IMG/VR virus record: IMGVR_UViG_3300025084_003138
Span: 1,905 to 65,904 of that record
Source of the DNA: a virus
Taxonomy: Duplodnaviria > Caudoviricetes
Strand: one strand, 5' to 3'
Length of the DNA: 64,000 bases
Positions within the stretch are counted from its first letter, which is position 1. Each line of letters begins with the position of its first letter. Below are positions 1 through 10,059 of this stretch, piece after piece. Both the position numbers and the translations under genes were made by a program. The notes below the pieces were generated by a model that did not search any database, was not told the origin of the DNA, and saw nothing but the letters and a program-made list of their open reading frames with translations.

Positions 1-1
1 A

Positions 2-3000
2 GTAATTGCTGATCCTAACGCAACTGGTGTTAAATCAAATTATAAGGGCGAGTTTGTCTCTAACGTAGTATATACAGCCGGTGACATTGTAAGTTACCTA
101 GATACATTATGGTTATTTAATGAAGATTATGACGGCGATAATAGCAGTGATCTTATTAATAATGAACGAAGTGATATAACAGCAATAGGATCTATTCCTG
201 CTGATGTTAACGGATCTGCTAGTTTACTTAACGAGCAAGGGGCAATATTTATTTTCAAACAAGTTTCTCCTAGATTCTATGAGCTTAAGACAAGCACAAC
301 AAGTCGATATCCTCAAGAAAGTGAACTGTTTGGTAAAACTATAAAAATTGTAAAAGTTAATGACAACTATGAGATATATGTAAGTGCGCCAGGCACTAAA
401 AGAATTTATATTTTAGAGTATAATAATTCTACCAACACACTTTCTTATAGAGAAGATACCAGTTTTAAAGGCGAATTTAATTCTTTACAAAAATATTATA
501 AAGATGATATTGTATTATATGTACCTCAACTAGGTAATCCTAACATAACCGGTACTGAATTATATAAGGCAAAAACAGTTGTAACACCAGGTAATTTTAA
601 TTTAGCTAATTGGGAGTTAATTAACGACGATATCAATATTTTAGGGTATGTACCAAATAATTCCTTACCAGTATTGAATGACGATAGTACAGTGTTATCA
701 GACGAAGAAAGGGAAACCTTTGGCGACTCGTTTGCAGTTTCTGCAGACGGTGAAGTCCTAGCAGTAGGAATTACTAACTATCCTAAGTATGAAGCTTCTA
801 CAGTTTATTCAGTAGGTGATATCGTAAGTAATAATGGTAAAGTTTATAAAGCACTAGGTTCGATACTACCTATAAAAGAACAAGTTTTATACCTAACATC
901 GGCTACTGATACAGAAATATCAAATAATATATTTGCAAAACTAACTATACCAATTGGTGCACTTGTAACACAAAATGTTAGCGGAGCAACCGGTACGGTA
1001 AAAAGTCAGGTGATTGATTCTAATAGAATTATACTAACTAATGTAACTGGAGTATTTGATACTACTAACCCTATAAACATAACAATTCAAGATAGTTCAG
1101 CACCAGAAACATTATGGCATCAGGAAGATATTACATCAATTGCAAGCATTGTTGATATGCCAGATGCAGATACTACAGTTACAAACTCTTGGCAAGAAGT
1201 TGCCGCTGAAAAGGTTGCAATATATCGTAAAAATAATACTCGTATTACGTTAAGTGAAACTATTAGTGGTACAGTAGAAAACCAAGGGTTTGGTAGTAAG
1301 GTTGCACTTAGTGACGACGGTAAGACATTGATTATTGGTGCTCCGTATGCCGATAATGGCACACTTGAAAACAGTGGAAAAATTTACCTGTACAAATGGA
1401 AAAATCTGTCTTGGAGTTTAGAACAAACAATAGAGGCACCACAAGATTTAAGAGATCAAGAATTTGGATTAAATTTTGAATTTAATGAAAATAACTTGTT
1501 TGTTCTCACAACAGGAACATACAGATATGATCCATTAGATCTTGACTTTACAATGGATGGTAAATTTACTAGAATAGGTACTATAAACAACGACACAACT
1601 AATTTAAATGTGTACGATCAATTTGAAAACGGTTTACTTTATTCAGGACAGATAGTACTTGACGGTTCTAATGTTACTAACTTTACATTATCATCAGGAG
1701 TAAATCATGTATATGTTGGTTTACCATATAGTGGATTAGAAAATGATTTAGGTACCATTTATGATATACGAAAAGCACCTAATACTAATAGTTGGAAAGT
1801 TATAAAACAGTCAAGTGAAATTGTTGATACTTCTAAAATAAAAACTTCGTTTGTTTATAACACAAGAACAAAGAATTTTATCTCTCAAGTAGATTATATT
1901 GATGTACTACAAGGAAAAATTGCTGCTCCGTTAGAGCAAGAAATTGATTTTAAAACATATTACGACCCAGCAGTATACGATATTGGAACTAGTGATGTAG
2001 TAGTTGATAGCGATCAAAGTTGGGGTAAAAATCAAGTTGGTAAAGTATGGTGGAATTTGAATTCAAGTAAGTTTTATAATCCTTATCAGGGCGATATAGC
2101 GTATAAAACAAATAATTGGAATAAAATATTTCCAGGTTATAGTGTTGAAGTATGTGAATGGGTAGAAACAACATTACTACCTTCTCAATGGAATGCCTTA
2201 ACTAATACTAATCAAGGATATGTACAAGGAATAACAGGCACAACTAAGTACGGTGATGATGTTTATGCAACAGGAAGAATTTATAATCCTGAATCATCAT
2301 CATTTACAACAAACTACTATTACTGGATATCTAATAAAAGAACACTCCCAGAAACAAACTTTTATAGACAACTAACAGCACAAGAAATTGCGTTAATGAT
2401 TGAAGATCCTGCAGGACAAGGATACCGTTTTGTAGCATTATTAGGTAATAACGAATTTGCAATGTACAATATGGGCAGTTTGTTTAGTGGTAAAGAACAT
2501 GCACTAAACTTTAGTTATTATACTAATGATAATACACAATCTAATATACATACACAGTATCAAATATTTACAGACGGGTTAAACACTAGTGTTCCAAATG
2601 ACCAACTAAAAGAAAAATGGTTTGATAGTTTAATTGGTTCTGACAAATTTATTAGAGAAGTACCTAATAGAAACTTATCAGAAAAACAAAAATATGGAAC
2701 ATTAAATATTCCTCGACAGAGTATGTTTACAAATCGTTTTGAAGCTCGAAAAGAATTTTTTGAAAGAGTAAACTGGATTCTAAGCAAACAAGTAATTATA
2801 GATGATTATGATTTATCTACATTATTAAAGCGTGACGAACTACCTGATATTAGAGAAAACAAATATGATGTTGCAATCGACAGCACTTTTGAGTTAATAA
2901 ACATTAATTTAGAAACATTTAAAACTGCTGAAATATCCATTTCGTTGCTAGAAGGAAAAATTAATAAAATTGAAATTACCAATCCTGGTAAAGGTTATAT

Positions 3001-6000
3001 AACAGCACCTACAGTAATTATTTCCGGAGACGGACAAAACGCAGAAGTGCAAACAGTAATACAAAACGGTCAAGTTACAGATGTTGTAATAGTTAATAAA
3101 GGACAAAATTATAATGTTATTTCGCCAGTAGTACGTGATTTCACAGTATTAGTTAATGCTGATTCTAGTATTAGTAATAGATGGGCTTTATATACATACG
3201 ATACAACTGAAGGCAAGTGGAAGCGTGGTTTAACACAATCATTTGATAATACGTTATATTGGACTTATACTGATTGGTATGCTAATGGTTATAACGAACT
3301 TACCTCGATAGATTTTGTTACAGCAAATACATATGAGTTGGCAAAAATTGATGATAATATTGGAGATTTAATTAAAGTAGACTCAATTGGCACAGGAGGT
3401 TGGATACTCTTACGTAAAGTTGATAATACTGGATTAGATAATTCTATTGATTATCAGACTATAGGTAGACAAAATGGTACAATACAGTTTAATAGTTCTC
3501 TTTGGGATTATACTCAGCAGCAAGTAGGGTTTGATCTTGAAAGTTATGATACACAATTATACGATAATGAACCAACACTAGAAATGAGAAGTATTCTTAA
3601 TGCACTGTGTGATAATATATTTGTTGACGAGCTATTAATAGAATGGAATCAATTATTCCTTGCATCAATACGGTATGCATTTAGCGAACAGCGTTATATT
3701 GACTGGGCATTTAAAACGAGCTTTGTAAAAGCAGAACATAATCTAGGTGAATTAAAACAAAAAATTACATATCAAAATGATAATCTAGAAAGTTATGAAG
3801 ATTATGTGCGTGAAGTTAAGCCTTACAAAACTAAAATTAGAGAATATTTAAGCACTTACGAAAAAGTTACAAATACAAATACTGTAGTTACTGACTTTGA
3901 TATTATACCAGTATTTAATTCTGATACTGGACGTATAGAAACTCCAAAAATACAACTTATTGATGGAGAACTATTTGGTGAAGAAAATGTTTTAAATAGA
4001 ATTAATCAATCTTGGGTACAAAATGTAGGATTCAGCGTAACACAAATTGATGTAATCGACGGTGGCACAGGATATACCTATGTCCCTAAGGTTACTATAG
4101 TAGGCAATAGTACTGTTACAGCTACAGCTAATGCAATTATGCGTAACGGAGAAATAATTGCAATTGAAGTTGTAAATAGCGGAAGTGGATATTTAACTTT
4201 ACCGACAGTAGTTATTGATGATCCAACCGGTGAAGGAAATAGACGTCCTAGACTTGCAGCAAGAATTGGAAATAGTGTTGTACGATCAATTACTGATTCT
4301 CTAAAATTTGATAGAATAACAAGTACTCCAGTTTTTGATTCAATTGATCTTACACAAACAATATTAGGTAAAGATAGTCAAGTTACATATCAACTTAATA
4401 GCGAAATGGATCTTTTAAAGAGTAATGTTAGTGTAATAATTGACGGTGTAGAGTTATTAACTAGTGAGTATACATATGGAAATATAACTGTTGATAATAC
4501 AATTAAGACTCGTGACACTTATGGTCTAATAACTGGAGACAATTATTATGATAATTTCTATAGTCAATTATCAGAAGGCACCACGTCGATAGTAGGGTAC
4601 GTTACGTTAACAGTTCCTCCAACACAAAATAGTAATATTATTGTTAACTATAAAAGAGCAGCAAACAGTTTAAATATTGTTGATAGAATAAATTACTTTT
4701 ATGCACCAACTGAAGGTATGTTTGGTAATGATATTTCTCAACTTATGGACGGTGTTGATTATGGAGGAGTTGAAGTAAGTTCGTTTAATCTAGAACAAGA
4801 AAGTATTGTTGGATGGGATCAGTCAACATGGGATACATTTGCTTGGAGCAACTTTATTGAAACAGGTGATGATTATGTATTTTATACCGACGGCACTATT
4901 AGTAGTTTTGTATTACCTAGTAACTTTGTTTTAGAGCAAGGTGTTGAGTATAATATATACATAGACGGAATTAGAGTTGACGACACACGTTATGACGGCA
5001 CGACATCGATGCTGTTAACTAATAATCCAAAAGCATTTATGGCTCCGGTAGTTGGTAGCGGCGAAACATCATTTAGTTTTCCAGATGTTGCATTGTTTGA
5101 AACTTTCATTAATAGACATACTCAAGTTGGAATCGGATCAGCAGCTGAAGCTAAAATTGTAATTAGAAAAAGCACAAGCGACGGTAGCGAGTTACCCGAA
5201 AGTGAAACATACGATACATTATTATCTGGAGGCGATCTAGCATATTCAACTGCAAGTGGGTTATTATCAGAGGATATTGTTATTGACGGCGACGGATTTG
5301 TTACTATCAATACAAGTAAAGGAACAGAAGAAGTAGTTCCAGGACATATTGCTGACACACTTGACATATCAGTTTATCATAGACCAGATGACGGAGGAAG
5401 TATAATTGCTTCTAGAGCATATTATTACGATGGAACAAACGCAACATTTGACTTAGGATTTAATCCAAGTAGTGTTGGCGGGTGTTTAGTAAAAGTAAAT
5501 AATATTATAATACCTGCAACTAATTACACTATAGATTACAAACTTAGACAGGTTACTATTACTTCGTTGCTTGTATTAAATGATCAAGTAGCAATTACTA
5601 CATTAGATAGCGGATTGAGTAATATTCTTGATGTTGATAGTTTTACTGCTGACGGTAGTACTACAAATTATATAACAAATATAAAATATCAAGATGATGC
5701 AAGTGCGTTAGTAAGCGTTAACGGAGTTACGGTTCCTCACAGATTGTTTGAAACTGACAGCAGTTACGGTAATGATCAAGGATTGATTGGAATTGAATTT
5801 GGAGAAGCTCCTGTAGCAGATGATTACATTTACTATGCTATATTAAGTTCTAATGATATTCCCCAAAGTCAAATTAGTATACAAAGTGCAATCGGTGACG
5901 GCAGTTCAGTTAGCTTTAGTTTAACTGCATTACCTTACACATTAACAACTCCTGTTTATACTAATACATTAGTTAGTATAGATAATGTGTTTTTAAATCA

Positions 6001-7411
6001 AGGATACAATAAGAAGTTTGTAGTTAATAATCTAGTAAATCAGTATCAAATAGACACTTGGCAAATACCAACAGGTAGCTTTAATATAGAAGATGCAAAG
6101 GTATTTTTAAATAATGTATTATTAACATACGAAACTAACTTTTTATGGAACGAACAAACAAATGTGTTTAGTTTAATACCAGGTACTGCTACTAATGGAG
6201 ACGCATTAAAAATATTTATTTTAGGTGAAGAAGAATTTAGTATTGATACATCAAGTGGATTTAATTTAGTATTAGGAACAGCACCTGCGCTTGACTCAAA
6301 GATTGAAGTTTATGCATTAGGTGATGACAGAAATCAACTGTTTGAAAGATATCATTATGACATTGCTATTGACCAAACAGTGTCAACTGATAGTGCTCAA
6401 TATCAGCTATATTTAGAATTGCGAGCAGGACAATTTAAATTAAGAACAAAGGCAAACGGAGCAGAGTATGTCTGGGTGTTTATAAATGGAGAGTTAAAGA
6501 TACCTAATTATGATTATAAACTGTCAGACGATAAACAGAAAATAATTTATAATACCGAGTTACAAGATAATGATAAAATTGAAATTTTAGAATTTGCCGG
6601 AGACAAAGTTGGATCTAGATTTGGTTATAGAATTTTTAAAGATCTTACAAATAAAACAGAGTACAAACGATTAACAAGTAATCGAACATATAAACTAGCA
6701 CAAGATTTAAATTATTTTGATAAAAATATTGTTCTTAACACCGCAGCTGGGTTAACTACTCCGTCTAAAGATGAAAATATTCCAGGAGTAATTTATATCA
6801 ATGGTGAAAGAATAGAATATTTTATAAAACTTAATAATACCTTAAGACAAATTAGACGAGGTACTAGAGGAACTGGAATTAGTCAAGTATATCTAGCTGA
6901 CACTCCTGTTATCGATCAAAGTGTTAACCATACAGTTCCGTACAATGATACTATTGAAGTAACAACACAGAAAAACGATGATCCAGAAGCTGCTGATTCA
7001 ACATTGAGAGATGAAATTGCATTACCTTATGTGCCCAATGTAAACACAAATACATTGAATACTGATTGGTATAGAGATACAGTGCCTGCTACACATGGTC
7101 AATGTGACGAAATTGAAGTATTTGTTGCTGGAAAAAGACTACGAAAAGTTCCACATATAGTATACGATCCTGTTACAGAAACTAATATAACATATGAAGC
7201 TGAATTTAGTGTTAACGGGTACAATTATGGAACAACTGAAAACCCAATCGGAAGAGTAAGAATTACTAATCTAGATCCTACAAAGATTATAGATGTTAAA
7301 GTAGTTAGAAAAACTGGTAAAACATGGGCAGATAGCGGAGTCAAACTAGCAAATGCTGAAGGAATTATTCCTCAATTTATAAGAAATACAACTCAGGACT
7401 TACCTGAATAA
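2..7411 (+). CDS. Giant virion structural protein (baseplate/tail-associated), 5'-truncated by the window
   Basis: The frame of the 674..7411 ORF has no stop back to position 2 (VIADPNATGVKSNYKGEF...), so the 674 TTG is not the true start. Contains FG-GAP-like propeller repeats (FGDSFAVSADGEVLAVG; FGSKVALSDDGKTLIIGAPY), CBM5/12-like motifs (YTAGDIVSY, YSVGDIVSNNGKVYKA), T4-like structural repeats (IEITNPGKGYITAPTVIISGDG; IDVIDGGTGYTYVPKVTI; IEVVNSGSGYLTLPTVVI) and C-terminal beta-sandwich repeats (FTADGSTTNY, IGDGSSVSFSL). Confidence 0.8.
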   Translation, partial: VIADPNATGVKSNYKGEFVSNVVYTAGDIVSYLDTLWLFNEDYDGDNSSDLINNERSDITAIGSIPADVNGSASLLNEQGAIFIFKQVSPRFYELKTSTTSRYPQESELFGKTIKIVKVNDNYEIYVSAPGTKRIYILEYNNSTNTLSYREDTSFKGEFNSLQKYYKDDIVLYVPQLGNPNITGTELYKAKTVVTPGNFNLANWELINDDINILGYVPNNSLPVLNDDSTVLSDEERETFGDSFAVSADGEVLAVGITNYPKYEASTVYSVGDIVSNNGKVYKALGSILPIKEQVLYLTSATDTEISNNIFAKLTIPIGALVTQNVSGATGTVKSQVIDSNRIILTNVTGVFDTTNPINITIQDSSAPETLWHQEDITSIASIVDMPDADTTVTNSWQEVAAEKVAIYRKNNTRITLSETISGTVENQGFGSKVALSDDGKTLIIGAPYADNGTLENSGKIYLYKWKNLSWSLEQTIEAPQDLRDQEFGLNFEFNENNLFVLTTGTYRYDPLDLDFTMDGKFTRIGTINNDTTNLNVYDQFENGLLYSGQIVLDGSNVTNFTLSSGVNHVYVGLPYSGLENDLGTIYDIRKAPNTNSWKVIKQSSEIVDTSKIKTSFVYNTRTKNFISQVDYIDVLQGKIAAPLEQEIDFKTYYDPAVYDIGTSDVVVDSDQSWGKNQVGKVWWNLNSSKFYNPYQGDIAYKTNNWNKIFPGYSVEVCEWVETTLLPSQWNALTNTNQGYVQGITGTTKYGDDVYATGRIYNPESSSFTTNYYYWISNKRTLPETNFYRQLTAQEIALMIEDPAGQGYRFVALLGNNEFAMYNMGSLFSGKEHALNFSYYTNDNTQSNIHTQYQIFTDGLNTSVPNDQLKEKWFDSLIGSDKFIREVPNRNLSEKQKYGTLNIPRQSMFTNRFEARKEFFERVNWILSKQVIIDDYDLSTLLKRDELPDIRENKYDVAIDSTFELININLETFKTAEISISLLEGKINKIEITNPGKGYITAPTVIISGDGQNAEVQTVIQNGQVTDVVIVNKGQNYNVISPVVRDFTVLVNADSSISNRWALYTYDTTEGKWKRGLTQSFDNTLYWTYTDWYANGYNELTSIDFVTANTYELAKIDDNIGDLIKVDSIGTGGWILLRKVDNTGLDNSIDYQTIGRQNGTIQFNSSLWDYTQQQVGFDLESYDTQLYDNEPTLEMRSILNALCDNIFVDELLIEWNQLFLASIRYAFSEQRYIDWAFKTSFVKAEHNLGELKQKITYQNDNLESYEDYVREVKPYKTKIREYLSTYEKVTNTNTVVTDFDIIPVFNSDTGRIETPKIQLIDGELFGEENVLNRINQSWVQNVGFSVTQIDVIDGGTGYTYVPKVTIVGNSTVTATANAIMRNGEIIAIEVVNSGSGYLTLPTVVIDDPTGEGNRRPRLAARIGNSVVRSITDSLKFDRITSTPVFDSIDLTQTILGKDSQVTYQLNSEMDLLKSNVSVIIDGVELLTSEYTYGNITVDNTIKTRDTYGLITGDNYYDNFYSQLSEGTTSIVGYVTLTVPPTQNSNIIVNYKRAANSLNIVDRINYFYAPTEGMFGNDISQLMDGVDYGGVEVSSFNLEQESIVGWDQSTWDTFAWSNFIETGDDYVFYTDGTISSFVLPSNFVLEQGVEYNIYIDGIRVDDTRYDGTTSMLLTNNPKAFMAPVVGSGETSFSFPDVALFETFINRHTQVGIGSAAEAKIVIRKSTSDGSELPESETYDTLLSGGDLAYSTASGLLSEDIVIDGDGFVTINTSKGTEEVVPGHIADTLDISVYHRPDDGGSIIASRAYYYDGTNATFDLGFNPSSVGGCLVKVNNIIIPATNYTIDYKLRQVTITSLLVLNDQVAITTLDSGLSNILDVDSFTADGSTTNYITNIKYQDDASALVSVNGVTVPHRLFETDSSYGNDQGLIGIEFGEAPVADDYIYYAILSSNDIPQSQISIQSAIGDGSSVSFSLTALPYTLTTPVYTNTLVSIDNVFLNQGYNKKFVVNNLVNQYQIDTWQIPTGSFNIEDAKVFLNNVLLTYETNFLWNEQTNVFSLIPGTATNGDALKIFILGEEEFSIDTSSGFNLVLGTAPALDSKIEVYALGDDRNQLFERYHYDIAIDQTVSTDSAQYQLYLELRAGQFKLRTKANGAEYVWVFINGELKIPNYDYKLSDDKQKIIYNTELQDNDKIEILEFAGDKVGSRFGYRIFKDLTNKTEYKRLTSNRTYKLAQDLNYFDKNIVLNTAAGLTTPSKDENIPGVIYINGERIEYFIKLNNTLRQIRRGTRGTGISQVYLADTPVIDQSVNHTVPYNDTIEVTTQKNDDPEAADSTLRDEIALPYVPNVNTNTLNTDWYRDTVPATHGQCDEIEVFVAGKRLRKVPHIVYDPVTETNITYEAEFSVNGYNYGTTENPIGRVRITNLDPTKIIDVKVVRKTGKTWADSGVKLANAEGIIPQFIRNTTQDLPE

Positions 7412-7415
7412 ATAC
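7408..7415 (+). promoter_or_regulatory. T4-late-promoter-like motif ATAAATAC
   Basis: Resembles the T4 gp55 late consensus TATAAATA; lies ~20 nt upstream of a structural gene; the identical 8-mer recurs before two other structural genes (11784 +, 56331 -). Confidence 0.6.
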
Positions 7416-7434
7416 AATATAGGACACAAGGACA

Positions 7435-8049
7435 ATGATGAAAAACACAGATGAACATAGCGGCGTTTATGTAAAAGGCCATATTAAGATACATGATCCT
7501 GCATCAGGCGAAGTTCTTATAGATAAACCAAACGCCATTCATTATGAGAATATGAGTGTTGCACTTGCTGAAAGTTTAGGTAATGCTGGACAAGGGTTTA
7601 TATATGAGATGGCGTTTGGTAACGGCGGAACTAATGTAGATCCAACAGGAATAATTACGTACCTTACTCCAAACTCAACTGGTACTAATGCAAGTTTATA
7701 TAAAGAAACATTTTCAAAAGTTGTAGATGATCGTAGTGTTAATAACCTTGACCCGATAAGAAACAAAATTGAAACTAGACACGTAAGCGGTACAAATTAT
7801 ACCGATGTGTTTATTAGTTGTTTATTAGATTATGGTGAGCCTAGTGGACAGGATGCTTTTGATACAGCAACTAACACAGAAGCATTATATGTATTTGATG
7901 AATTAGGTCTTAAAAGTTATAGTCCGTCCGGTAACAGTAAATTACTTACACACGTAATTTTTCACCCTGTACAAAAAAGTTTAAACAGATTAATTCAAAT
8001 TGATTATACAGTAAGAGTACAAAGTTTAACAGGCTTTAATGAGGGGTAA
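7435..8049 (+). CDS. Virion structural protein (baseplate-associated), 204 aa
   Basis: Clean ORF with AAGGA RBS between structural genes; sequence style (KGHIKIHD...NAIHYENMS...FDELGL...THVIFHPVQKSLNRLIQIDY) resembles structural proteins I recall from T4-like jumbo phages. The start could be the second ATG at 7438. Confidence 0.65.
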   Translation: MMKNTDEHSGVYVKGHIKIHDPASGEVLIDKPNAIHYENMSVALAESLGNAGQGFIYEMAFGNGGTNVDPTGIITYLTPNSTGTNASLYKETFSKVVDDRSVNNLDPIRNKIETRHVSGTNYTDVFISCLLDYGEPSGQDAFDTATNTEALYVFDELGLKSYSPSGNSKLLTHVIFHPVQKSLNRLIQIDYTVRVQSLTGFNEG

Positions 8050-8052
8050 CTA

Positions 8053-10059
8053 ATGGCAATAACAATATTATATAGCGATGGCGAAGAGCTTCAAATACAA
8101 GATAATACTATTAATGCAGAAACTAGTTTAGATCTTCCAGGCAGAGGATATCCCGGTTACGGTGGAAAAATTAATGAAAGTTTATTACATTTATTAGAAA
8201 ATTTTGCAAATACTTCAGCACCTAGATCACCAACTGAAGGACAAATATGGTACGATACAGGCGCAGGGGGCGGATTAAAAGTTTGGAATGGTGTTAACTG
8301 GTTAGATGCAGGTGGCCTAAAGTCTGGAGCAGTAAGACCGGCAGGTAGCGTATCTGCCCCGGGTGATCTATGGAGTGATACTGGCTCACAACAATTATAT
8401 CTTTGGAGCGGTACAGCTTGGGTATTAATTGGTCCTGAATATTCTGAAGGATTGATCACTGGAGCAAAAGCAGACACAATTGTTGATGTGAGCAATTTAG
8501 AAAAAACAGTATTAATACTATATGTTGCTGGACAACCAATTGCAATTGTATCTACAGAAGATTTTACGCCAAAGAATTTTTTATCAGGATTTACATCAAT
8601 CAAAAGCGGATTTAATGTTTCTTCTAATGTTCTTATAAATGGTATTGCTGACAGGTCCAATAATTTAGTAGTTGATGGTAATACGGTTGCTGGCAATCAG
8701 TTTATGAGAAAAGATACTAGTAACATTACTAACGATACAATTTCTATTCGAAATAATCAAGGACTAGGTATTGGACTAGATAGCACAATGCGTCTTGAAG
8801 TAGGCGGCGTTACTGGTAATATTAAACATTCTAGTCAAAATAGTAATATTAATATTAGTGTTACAAACGAAAATGGAAATCTAAATTCAGTTTTAAGAGT
8901 ACAAGGATCACAACGAGTTGGTATTAATAAAAATCCTGACGTAGCATTAGATGTAGCAGGGGATTTAAAACTAACAGCAGCAAACGGAGAAACTGGAGAC
9001 TTAACAATCTCGGGCGATGCAACTTTAGGCGGCACATTAGATGTTACCGGAGCAACATCACTTAATGCTACAACAGTTAACGGAGTGCTTGATTCTACAA
9101 CAGTAACATCTAATAACTTTTTACCTAATACAAGTGCCGGAACACTAGGAGCGCCATCGAATAGATTTGATTCTGTATATGCAGCTACAATAATTGCTGA
9201 TACTATTACAGGATCGTTTAGTGGTAGTGCTACCAGCGCTGGACGTTGGTCTTCGCCTATACAGTTACAGTTCGGCGGAGCTAATAGTGATGTTAGTAGC
9301 GATCCTTTTGAAATTGACGGTACACAAAACATTGTATTAAGTGCAGCAGTTTCTAGTACTTTTGTTACTAATAAAAGTACAGTAAGTACAGCAGCCGATG
9401 CCGATTCATACCTTATTCAACGAGGCGGTCAATTATTTAAAGTTCCGTTTAGTGTAATTCGAAACTCACTACAACAGACTCCTATTGGTACAATTACTGC
9501 ATTTGGTGGCGCAACAGCACCTGCTGGATGGAAACTATGTGATGGATCAGAGATAACTATTCTTGACTTTGAATCATTGTTCCTTGTAATTGGTTATAAT
9601 TACGGAGCAATAGGAACAGTTACTTCAGGAAACTTTAAGCTACCTGATTTAAGAGGTAGAGTACCGTTAGGAACTGACAATATGGGAGGTAGTTCGGCTA
9701 ATAGAACACTAGATACTGCGGCCGATACATTAGGATTGTCAAACTCTAAAACTAGTGAATTAACTCTTCAACAGCGTAACTTGCCTGAACACCGCCACGG
9801 ATTTGAGTCAACTAATCAAGGAAACAATGTAGGAGTTGATCAGTTTTATGCAATTACTGATTCTAATGCAAATACATCAGCTGAAGGTGTTAGTAACAAC
9901 CTAGGAATTGCAAAAGATATAGCAGGAACAACTTCGGGATTAAATCGTACAGGTATAATTTTTAGAGAAAACATAAATGAACCTGTAAACGAAGCACTTA
10001 ATATTATGCCTCCATATCAAACAGTAAATTATATTATATACCATGGAGAACTAGAATGA
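8053..10059 (+). CDS. Tail fibre protein with phage tail-collar domain
   Basis: C-terminal tail-collar motif PIGTITAFGGATAPAGWKLCDG...LFLVIGYNYG...FKLPDLRGRVPLG; N-terminal anchor (GRGYPGYG..INE.LLHLLENFA...P..PTEGQIWYDT) shared with the next two genes; Gly/Thr/Ser-rich shaft. Confidence 0.85.
   Translation: MAITILYSDGEELQIQDNTINAETSLDLPGRGYPGYGGKINESLLHLLENFANTSAPRSPTEGQIWYDTGAGGGLKVWNGVNWLDAGGLKSGAVRPAGSVSAPGDLWSDTGSQQLYLWSGTAWVLIGPEYSEGLITGAKADTIVDVSNLEKTVLILYVAGQPIAIVSTEDFTPKNFLSGFTSIKSGFNVSSNVLINGIADRSNNLVVDGNTVAGNQFMRKDTSNITNDTISIRNNQGLGIGLDSTMRLEVGGVTGNIKHSSQNSNINISVTNENGNLNSVLRVQGSQRVGINKNPDVALDVAGDLKLTAANGETGDLTISGDATLGGTLDVTGATSLNATTVNGVLDSTTVTSNNFLPNTSAGTLGAPSNRFDSVYAATIIADTITGSFSGSATSAGRWSSPIQLQFGGANSDVSSDPFEIDGTQNIVLSAAVSSTFVTNKSTVSTAADADSYLIQRGGQLFKVPFSVIRNSLQQTPIGTITAFGGATAPAGWKLCDGSEITILDFESLFLVIGYNYGAIGTVTSGNFKLPDLRGRVPLGTDNMGGSSANRTLDTAADTLGLSNSKTSELTLQQRNLPEHRHGFESTNQGNNVGVDQFYAITDSNANTSAEGVSNNLGIAKDIAGTTSGLNRTGIIFRENINEPVNEALNIMPPYQTVNYIIYHGELE

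Noticed and set aside
674-676. TTG start of the giant ORF as given in the track
   Set aside because: The frame is open to the window edge with continuous protein-like sequence and has no RBS at 674.
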